A DNA stretch of 63,957 nucleotides, the filler included. It is 7 parts of 7 records of this genome, joined end to end, with 100 filler letters (N's around TTAATTAATTAA, not from the genome) between each part and the next. Parts side by side here need not be neighbours in the genome. Positions count along the whole stretch, not along the records: positions 38,768 to 48,656 come from SRR7504441_2333; positions 48,757 to 59,093 come from SRR7504441_2337; 5 more parts are not named here. One strand, given 5' to 3'. Made by a program: the position numbers and the translations under genes. This document shows positions 39,092 through 48,757 of the stretch, one piece after another. Numbering within the stretch: position 1 is the stretch's first letter; each line of letters opens with the position of its first letter. The notes beneath the pieces are model-generated. The model searched no databases and was not told the DNA's origin. It worked only from the letters and a program-made list of their open reading frames with translations.

Positions 39092-41039
39092 TCAATTCTC
39101 CTCCTTGCGCGGCCGTCGGCCGCTTTGAGTTAGCTCAATGCCATGTTCTGTTGCATCCACCTCATCTGATCCTTCACCTCCTGAAGCAAGCTGCGACACT
39201 TGATCTGATTCCAACAATCGAGTTCCGAGTCTAGCGTCGGACTCGAAGTCTTGTTGCACTTACCCAAAGGCGAAGAGCATTAGCATCGCATATTCATCCC
39301 ACCTATCCCATGCTCTCAGCAACAATCAACAACAGCACTTAGCAATCTCGGGTACAGGTTTCGACTCACCAGCTCATCGCAGATGCTGCGAGCAGCCATT
39401 CACCAATCCCATCTTGGCTCCGCACTGTGAAATAAATGCCCATCGACAGGCAGCTGGCTAGCGTATCGCATACCTGGTCCCACAGTCAGCATGAGCTCTA
39501 GCTGCGCTTACTGCCTGCTCGCCACCAATGTAAAGTTGTCCATTCGCTCGGAAGAAGAGCACAACAATGTAGATGTAGCATAGCATCAGCATCATCAGAA
39601 ATGTGATAGCGACTGCCTTGAACCTCGTGAAGAAGATCGCCTGCAATATTCTGCGGATCCATGGAATCCGAAGAAGCACACATACACAGAACCCAGCATC
39701 AAAGAAGATTGACACTGACGAGCCGAGAACTGCTATTATAACCATTGCTGCCATCCAGAGCGTGTCGAACTGCCAGGCCACCTATAGCAGCAAGCATTCA
39801 ACCCAGGCCATGTGATACAGCGCACATGCCAGCACTCGGCCATTCTGCCCGAGGTCCTGGCATCATCGCGTTGTGATACTGAGCCAAAGTATCGACCAAC
39901 ATGACGAGCTGCTGCACGTCTAGCTTTGTCCACAAGACTTCGAGGCTGCATGTCTAGCTTTGCCCAAGAACTGGCCCGACGGGTTGCTGTTTCTTGGCCA
40001 AGTGCGTATTCTTGTTGCCTATCCAAAACAACCTGCACAAGCCAACCTCAGTCGCAATCGGGCAGCAAAATACTCACCTTTTCCTCGTTGGTCTTGCGCA
40101 TGGTATATAACATTGCTTTGAGTCGGATTCTGCTAAAGCCATAGGTTGCCAGCAGGACGCAGGTCAGGATGAGATACTTTAACGTGCTCTGAAGCGTGCT
40201 CCAGGTGGACGAGTAAACGACATATTTATACTCGTTGCTGCTTGGTGTTACCCCCGAAGACGAGAGGCGAAGCCCTTCGTAAGTGACCATCAGTATCAGA
40301 TTCAATACTACAACGCTTGGCTGGTTCTTGTTGCGCACTGCCGGTCGTGCAGCCAGTGAAGCAATTCGCACGTTCAGACTGCATCTCCACTGAAGCATTC
40401 ACCATCATTTGGAGCAAAATATGGATCTGGTCGCTCAACTTCTGCGATATTTCTTTACTCTGCGACTGGTGTGCCGACAGTCCAAGCCTGTCGTCTTTGG
40501 TGATGTTGCAAGCCAGCTGGACGATATAGGCTGTCATACCCAGGCGCTCCATGATTCTATGAGCCGAAACCTTCTCTCGCCTAGTACCCAGGAGCTGCCT
40601 CCACAGTCCAGCTTGAACAGGCCCTCGGCCGACTGCTCCCGGCACAGCCGGGCCCTGGAGCCTCTGGACGGCATTACAGCATAGAAGCCGGTGGCACAGT
40701 GCTGGAGTGAGACCACGCAGCCGTCGATCAGGCCCCCCCCGGCATGGTGAGAGAACTCCGGATCTTTGTCAAGCGCTGTGTCAATCGCCCTGTCGAGTCC
40801 AGTCTCGACGGGACACACCCTGAAGGTCACATCCTGCAGGTTGCTCACCCCGGCGCGAGGCAGAGTCCTTAGGTAAGTCAGCCCGTCAATCGCTAATATT
40901 TGCTGGTCCACAGCGGTTAGGTAGACTAAATCGCCCGGCCGCACAGCGCTGGCGTGGGAGCCCAGCTGCCCGTGGTACGGTTCCAGCCGCATCACAGCCC
41001 TCCGACTCTCGGGCGCCGGCCGGTGCGCGGTCACTCCAT
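39092..41039 (-). CDS. Miniature IP3-receptor/ryanodine-receptor-like channel protein (or internally deleted pseudogene)
   Basis: Suppressor-domain motifs GDLVYL, LQDVTFRVCP, GCVVSLQH. IP3R-type TM4-5 (AVLGSSVSIFF..ILQAI..LCYIY) and pore VCDTLASCLSMGIYFTVRSQDGIGEWL. One junction near 40580-40640 is unresolved. Confidence 0.7.
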
Positions 41040-41275
41040 GTGCTGGCGCTTTCGGTGGGCCGTCGGTATTCCGTTGGTATGATATATAAAATTCCGTTGG
41101 TATGGTACACGTTTGCAACGGCAATTTTATTATAAAATAAATGCCATGTGTGGTAGACCTCTATATAACAGAGTCTGAGCTACCGCAGTCCTTCAACTCG
41201 CCCAAAGCTCATAAAAATAATAATTCCAATCGGCTCTCACATAGTATCTCAGTAATCTCACAATCGGGTTAGCGC

Positions 41276-42729
41276 TCAGAGCTTGCAGATCACTGGCTTG
41301 ACAACCTCGGCGATAACGTCTTTCACGAAGTGCCCGTGCCCCTCATCCTTGCAATCGGTCACGAACGCCGGGTCTTTCTTGGCTTTCTCAGACGCCACGT
41401 ACGCTGGATTCGCTACCTCAACACACATGCCTTCATCCGAACCGCTCGCTCCTTGGAAAACATCCAAGCCAAACTCGAAGAACTTTCCGGCGAAAGAGTC
41501 GTCGGTGAGCGTGAACCCAATCGCGAGCGAGAAAGTTCCGTTGGAGAGCGTCATTGCGTCTTTGAGCACTCCGCTCGCCGCATTGTGTCCAGAGAGTGTG
41601 TATATTCGGTAGGAGCCGGAGACGGGCACGGTCTTGAGGGAGGTGGTGCCGGAGATCTTGAGGCCGATCTTGTCGCCGGCCTTGTACCCTTTGGCATCGT
41701 GCGTATCCACCTCGACGGTTCCAACCGACATGGTATAGCCAGTGCAGCCAGGGTCACGAGGACAGTAGTACCTATGCACACACTGCAGTCACAGACCCCA
41801 CATCCCACTATTCAATCAGCCCGCGCTCAACCCACCAGTCGAGCGCGCAGCCGGGCGGCGGTGGCGGCGGGCCGCACACGGCGCCGGTGACGTCATGTAC
41901 AGGCATCGGGACACCGGCTGGTAGCTTTGAGAAATGGCCATCTCCGTTGTCTTTGCAGAGGAAATCAAACGCCGGCGAGACTTTGGCTTGGGCCTCGGCA
42001 ACGTATTTGTCCGACTCGACCTGAATGCACATCCCTTCGTCGCTCCCGGATTTCTGCAGGAAAACGTCGACACCAAACTCGAACTCATCTTTCGAGGCTC
42101 CGAAGTTGCCAGCTGCCACCTTAAACTTGATCTGAACCGACCGGGTGAGCCGCGGGCACGGGGAGGAGCGACCGTTAGGGTGAATGTGCCGTTGGCCCCA
42201 AGGGTCATGGCGTCGGTCAGCACGCCTTCGGCCACGTTCCCGCCTGGAGGAAGAACTTCAGCCGGCGGCCTCTCCCACGGCGGGTGCCTTGGAGGGCGTA
42301 GACACGGTAGCTCCCGGAGACGGGCACTTTGGTGATGGTGGTGACCCCGCTGATTGTGGCGGTCAGCTCTGAGCCCACCGCGACGTCCTGACCGGGCGGG
42401 TAAGACCGGCCCGGAGAAGCGCCCCGGGGGCGGACCTGGATCTTGATGCCGGCGGTTGTGGAGTTCCAGCTGTCGTCGTGCACCTGCCGTGGCGGTCGGG
42501 CCGTTGGGATTGTTGCGAGGACCTGGACATTGTGGACCGACATGGTGTAGCCGGGGCAACCAGGGTCTCGCGGGCAGTAATTGTACCTGTGGCCCGGCTC
42601 AGGCCGCGCCGCAGGGGACGGAGACTTGAGGCCGCAGACGTTGGTGGTCGTGTCGGCCAGCCAGAGCGGCAGCCCGTGGGCGCCGGCGAGCGAGAGGGAC
42701 AGGAGCAGGAGCAGGCGTGAGGGTTGCAT
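41276..42729 (-). CDS. Secreted protein with two tandem ~165-aa repeats, possibly ML (MD-2-related lipid-recognition)-like
   Basis: Signal peptide. Two copies of YCPRDPGCxGYTMSV..VPVSGSYR..FEFGxDVF..SGSDEGMC. The ML fold call is tentative. Confidence 0.65.
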
Positions 42730-43057
42730 GGTTTGCGGAGGGTTGCACACGCTCAGATTCGGTTCACGAACTCAGTGCCGTTTTAACCGAAAAGAAAAAG
42801 AAAAAGCTGAAAAAGGTCAGTCCCATGTACTGTACAGTCCATGGTACAGTCATGTACTCTACTGCCCGGGTCTAGTCCTTTAAGCTTGAAGTCGCACGTG
42901 CCGATCGTTTGAAAGCTGCTAATAGTGGAACGGAGAAGATGTGCACCTTGGACGAGTGTCGCAACTTGTAACTTGGGTGCCGACACGCCACCTTGGTGGC
43001 CTGTCACGGGTGCACCCGCACTAGCTAGCTGAGCGTCCCATGGACATTCCTAAGCTA

Positions 43058-44803
43058 TCAAGCATATTGCTTTTGTAACGTCATACTCCAGGCCGCACAT
43101 GATGACTTGCACGGCAGTACTCGCCCATCCTCAAGGAGCCCCACTTTCGATGAGACGTCGCCTACACTGTACACCATGTAGCTGAAATCGTTGATGTATA
43201 CCTCCACCATCGCCGGCCAGGGCGGCTGCGCGCCGACTGCCCGAGCCACTAGACGAACAGAGACGGGTGCCCCAGGCTCAAAGCGCTGCGAGCGATTGAC
43301 TGTGCCGGTATTTGGATTCATGTTGAGCTCCAGCACCTCGTATTCGCCAGTGGCCGAAATGTTGATGAGACCGATGCGCGCCAGCCCACTGCGTGTATCA
43401 AGTTCGACACCCATTCCAGAAGTGCCGTTATGATCAACCACCAGTCCAATCGTCTCAGCAGACAGTGGGAAGCTAGCCTCGAGTACCAGTCCGACACTGA
43501 GATCCCAATCGAGCCTGCTGAAGCCACTCAGGTGAGGTGAGCTCTGGACGGACTCAATCCGGAGCGGCCGGCCCTTTAGGAGCTGATTGGCCGGCCACCA
43601 CTTGGCATACGCAGCGCCGTGCTCATCGACAACAATCTCCCGGAATAGATCAAAGAACACCCGATTGCCAGCCATCCTTGTGGTGCTCATCAGGACGAGG
43701 GTGCCATTTCCGTTGACGTCCCAAATTCTGGGGTAGTTCCAACAGCTCCGACTGGCGTTAAACCCTGCACACCACTCTGATCAGTTTAAATTCAAACAGT
43801 TTGATTCGGTCACCAGTCAAGCCACAGTCCACCAATCCGACCATTAGAATACCCTTACCAGCCAAGCTCGTGTACTGGCTGGGCTGGTTGAGCAGCTGCG
43901 GGTTGCGCTCCTCCTGAGTGAACTCGCCCCGGACCGTCAGAGCACGCCTGGCAGCAAGCCACCATCACAGATGCTAATTAACGCTCGCACTCACCAGACC
44001 TCAGCATTCGTGATTATATACACAGCGCGCTTCCCGACAGGACCAGCACCAATCCGAGTGATGCTGCCTACTTCGGGTGATCCCTTAAAGTAACTGGATA
44101 CAAAAGGCGGCAGCGCCCGCCAGTGCAGCCCGTCGTCACTTTCAGCAAGGCCAAAGCCCCCTGTGAAGTGTTTTGACCCGCCACCTGCTGCCTGCTTGGG
44201 AGTGGCGGTGAGAGACATATAGTATCCAGCTGTGCAAGGCGCCTCGTCCTCTTTACAGACCACCGATGGGCCATCCCACGAATGATCTGTACTGTTCTCG
44301 GGCGCATAGTACCGGTCGTCACTCGGAAAGTTAAACTCCGGCCGATGTGTCCAGTTAAGCAAATCGCTAGACGTGGCAGCGTGCAGCGACTCCGTGTGCT
44401 CCGGGAGAGGCCCCGCGGCCGAGAAGAAGCAGGCCCATTCGCCCCGGTGCTCGCCCCTCAGGATCTTCCAGCCGTTGGCAGAGCCCATGGTGCCTGCACA
44501 TGCCTCCGTGTCACACTGCGGCTGGGCGCGGCTGTCTCGCGGCGAGTCCCACAGGAGCCCCATCGGGGCCCAGTGCACGCCGTCGTGGCTGGTGGCCCCC
44601 GCCATGGAGCTCCATCCCACCACCCCGCCGGCCATGTGGCCGCTGTTGCGGGGGCCGGCCATCCAATAAACGAAGAACGGCCCGTCCGGCGTCGGCCGCG
44701 CCACCCAGCTATCCCAGCCGTACGGATATTCGAGCAGGGCGAGGCTCGAGGCAGGCAGCGGCAGCAGCAGGCACGCCAGAAGCACGATCTGCGCAGCTGC
44801 CAT
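43058..44803 (-). CDS. Secreted GH32/clan GH-J-like glycoside hydrolase (beta-propeller + beta-sandwich)
   Basis: Signal peptide; WDSW nucleophile-type motif; ATSHDGVHW, ATSSDLLNW and AESDDGLHW Asp-box-like repeats; PEVG; C-terminal MVEVYIND. Confidence 0.7.
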
Positions 44804-45100
44804 TGTGGCTTCGATTACGACCGCGCATTATTCGAACTGAGTTGCCGTTAACCGAAAAGAAGAAGAAAAAGGTCTGAGATACAGTTGCATGTCCCGAGTC
44901 GGCGAGTCGGGGAGTTTCCGACGTTTCGAGTCGAAGAGCTCGGACGGATGACTTCGGAACTCAGCCAGGTGGCCAAGTGTTGGCCGGCATCCCGCGCTAC
45001 AGAGCCTAGCCGCCCCAGGAGCGCAGGAGGAGCGCGAGATCGCATCATGTCAGGCACTTGCCTGACAGCCGGCAACGGAAGGAAAATCTTGGTGATCACA

Positions 45101-45800
45101 ATGGCGAGGCAGTGCTGGGCAGTCGGGCTGCTGCTGGGGCTGGGGGCCTGCTGGGCGGTGCCTCTAACTGGTAGCTGGTCCGAAGCCACCGCAACAGTCA
45201 CCGACACAACGAACTTCCTTTCTCTCAACTCGGGCCCCCCACAGGCACCCCCCCTCCCCGGGGCCCAGGCGAGCGGCGGTGCCAGGCGCACCGGATGGAC
45301 CAGGCGACGCTGGCCGAAATGCTGAACAAGATCCTGATGAAAGCGAACACCATGCGCCGAAAGCTTAACGCCTGGGAAGTGTCCGACACCGACTCGGAGG
45401 AAATGCTCGAGCAAAGATTCGGTACCAGTCTGGGGGAAGGCCAGGGTGACAACGCCGGCGAGACCAGCAAGCTGCACCAAAGTGCGGGCGCCAGGGGCCG
45501 GCGAGGGCTGAGCGTTGGGGCAGTCGGCATGGCAAGGAATTGCGTGGCTGCCGCCCAAGACTGCACCGCGCTTGCGGCCAAAAAAGAGTGCAATGAGGCC
45601 GTCTGTGGCGCCGTGCAGGAGTCATGCGAAAAGGCCGGGTCCGGTGAGTGTGCACTGGGTTATTTTTAGCTCATCCCGGGGTGGCAGTCTGTGGGGTTTT
45701 GACCGAATCCAAGCTGAGCGTGCCTAAGCTGGGCACGCCACATGGAGACGATTTGTTCTCGGAGATGATGTCGTTTGCAATGTCGGAAGATACGATATAG
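45101..45800 (+). CDS. Small secreted Cys-containing hypothetical protein (3' end uncertain)
   Basis: Signal-like MARQCWAVGLLLGLGACWA joins ORF 45295-45669 via GC-AG intron 45245-45285. Confidence 0.5.
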
Positions 45801-46191
45801 GCGGCTGCGAATGGAGCCGTTGGGCTGACGTTGGGTGATCATTGATGATGCTCTGCAGCTCCCGACTACCGAGTACTTATGACTGTAACTCTGAAAGCAT
45901 ACTTATTGTAAGCATGCTAGTCCTGGTAGTGGAGGCTACACCTTTGAGGCGTGCTATCCATGAACAGAAATAAAGTACACAATGCATACAAATGTCTCGG
46001 ACGACATAATTCTCTGCTTCATGCTAGCGCATGCATGCTAGCCCGATTTACTAGTCTAACGCCCCCTTGGGCCGCACTCCGAATTCATGTAATGATTGTT
46101 ACTCGTACTCGTAGTACAAGTAGAGCCACAATGCTCGTACAAGCTTCCGTTTGTGCCGCCCGCTATAGCTCCCCCGAGCCGATTAACCCCG

Positions 46192-47635
46192 TTACATGAG
46201 GCTGCATCCGTTGACGCAGCACACGTATCCGCAGCACGTGCAGGGGCCATCGCAGCACTCCGGCTTCCTACACCGGCACTTGCAGCACTTGAGCAGCCTG
46301 ACCAAACAGCTCATTGGCCAACGGATAATTAACCAAGCCACCGCTTACAGTCGCAGCACCACATCGTGCAATACGCCTCACAAAACCGCTCGCAGAACCC
46401 CGGGCCCTTGTCCCATATCAAATTATCCTCCACCTGTCTCAACCTCTCCAGACGCTCCCGCCATGGTCACACAGGCACCTTCTGAATGGCCGTCAATACC
46501 GTCACGAACGTGTCGCGCACGTGTCTCCCGCCCCGGGCAGCGTTAGTCTCGAAGAACGGTATTTGGAATGAATCTGCGAGGTCGACACCCTCCTCCCTCC
46601 CGACCTGGTCCTTCTTCTTGCTCTTCTTATCCTGCTTCTTCGCATCTACCCCCTCCTCGCTCCCTCGCCCGCTCCACCCACCCACCAGCGTGTGTTGCGA
46701 CAAGCACGATGGGCAGAGGAGGTATCTCCGGCGCGACGTCCTCATCCGAGTCGGAGTCTGAACCGGGCTCTTCGCTGCCTTCGACCGGCTGCTTGGTCCT
46801 GCCCACAGTGACCGACCGAACCCCACCCGCACCGCACATGCGCTCCTGCAGCTCGATCAGAAGCTTCCGAGCTTCGTCGAACGATGCTCTGTCGATCTCC
46901 GAGTACACGACCACAAACCCCTGTGACAGAGGCTCCAACGGAAAATCTATAAATAGCACACCTGCCGGTCCAGCTTGATGTCGAGGGCCGACACAGTCTC
47001 CATTTGCTTTTCTACTAGCTTTGTTTGGTCGGTCGGCGGATACTTAGCCGCCGCCTGACCGACAATTCGAATACGTATCGGCGGCGGCGAGCGGCCACCT
47101 CCACCTCCTGACCGTCCTCCTCCTCCTCCGGCTTCTCGCCGCCCGGCTTGCGCACCCCATCTTCCCCAAACACATACGCGACCGCTGGATCGAGCAGCTC
47201 AGCCGGAGGCACCTGCCCCCCGCATCAGCACCCCCCCTATTCAACGGCATCCGCCTTGGGCTCGCGCTCGTTTTTGGGGTCTGGCAGGTAGCCCGGCGTG
47301 TCCTCGATCTGCCCGGGCTGCCGTTAGCGTCCGTTGGATGCCGTTGGAGCGCCACCTCGAGCAGGCACTTGCCCAGCTCCGGGTGCTCCAGCTGCGACCG
47401 GAACCGGTTCGTCTCCGGGTTGTCCTGCCAACGGAAATCAACGGAATATAACGGACATTCCCCAACGGCACCGAGCTGAGCGTGGCGTCGTACAGCTGTC
47501 CGCGCGCGCTGGAGTTGAGCTCCCTGTGTCGGGCTGCTGGCGGCCAGTCGGGCGGCGGCGGGGTCACCAGTGGGCCAGGGAAGTCTTGCCCACGGCGCGG
47601 GCCCCGACCAGCGTCACTTTGAACTTAGTCGGCAT
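46192..47635 (-). CDS. Divergent Ras-superfamily small GTPase with Cys-rich tail and CaaX box
   Basis: Spliced: KVTLVGARAVGKTSL, IEDTPG, GFVVVYS..RASFDEA, IVLVATHAD, PFFETNAA; ends CCVNGCSLM-stop. Confidence 0.82.
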
Positions 47636-47756
47636 CGTCGACAGCCCCGCGGCACCCCCCGCCCCGCGCCCCCGCTGCCGCTGCTCCTGCCTGCACCCGC
47701 AGGTCCGTGTGCGATGCCGTTATCTTTCGGCAGTGCGTCGGTCAGCTCGGCGGAGC

Positions 47757-48656
47757 ATGCCGTCGGTGGCCAGGCAGGTCAGGCGGGTGACGCTGCGGGC
47801 GGCGCGCGAGGCGGCCGAGACCTCGAGCGTGCTGGCATGGGGCGCCCTGCTCCCGCTCTCCATTGGTGCCTCGCCCGGCCGGCCGCAGTCACCGGTGGAA
47901 CTTCCGCAGGGCTGTCCGCCTTCCTCTTCCGGTCCCCGATCACCAAACGGCTGCCGTTGCGGGTGCTCGGGCTGCCGCTCGGGCGGTGTCCGTTACCGTT
48001 AGTTTCCGTTGAGCTGCCCGCAGGGCGGCGCTGCTCGGCTATTGCTTGTGGCTGGTGTTGCGCGATCGGGACGTCTGCCGGCGCGGCGGGCGGCCGGTGC
48101 ACTGGCTCCGGTTCAACTGGCTCACCCGGAAGTTCCGGAGCTCGTTCCGGGCCGAGGTGTCCGTTGGTCAACGGTTTTCCAACGGCAATCAGGTGACGTA
48201 CGACTTTGACGAGGAGGAGGAGGTGCTGGAGCCTGGTCGGCCGTACGTGCTGGGTGCTTTTAATTAACGGCAAATCGATCTAACGGAATATCAGGCATCC
48301 ACCCGCACGGCGTGGCCTCGGTCGGCTGCTTTGCCAACGCCATCTTCCACCAGCTGCTGCCCTCGTTTGAATATCGAGTGACCCTGCCTCACGCTTAACT
48401 GGCTTTTGATTAACTTTGAATTAACCAGGTTTGCACCATACCAGCCAATATGTACCTGCCGTTCTGGAGAGACCTGCTGCTCGGCTTTGGGTGATTATTA
48501 ATTAATTAATCAATTCGTATTAATCAGTGTTAATTAACCGCCGGCAGGTTTGTGGACTCGAGCCGGTCGACTATAAAGGCGCTGCTGCGGAGCAATATTT
48601 CCGTTGGGATTGTGGTCGGCGGGGCCGAGGAGGTGGGCTGGCAGTGGGGGGGGGGG
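47757..48656 (+). CDS. DGAT2/MGAT-family acyltransferase (3'-truncated)
   Basis: LEPGRPYVLG..HPHG and LPFWRDLLLGFG motifs across small introns. Confidence 0.78.
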
Positions 48657-48756
48657 NNNNNNNNNNNNNNNNNNNNNNNNNNNNNNNNNNNNNNNNNNNN
48701 TTAATTAATTAANNNNNNNNNNNNNNNNNNNNNNNNNNNNNNNNNNNNNNNNNNNN
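48657..48756. other. Artificial contig-joining spacer
   Basis: 44 N + TTAATTAATTAA + 44 N. Confidence 0.98.
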
Positions 48757-48757
48757 A

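Noticed and set aside
46921-46961. DFPLE as a degenerate G3 motif of the GTPase
   Set aside because: This segment is a 41-nt GT-AG intron; the true G3 (DTPG) is in an upstream exon
11556-47635. Functional cluster of the prenylcysteine methylesterase with the CaaX GTPase, or of the two channels
   Set aside because: The genes are on different contigs, so their adjacency is artificial
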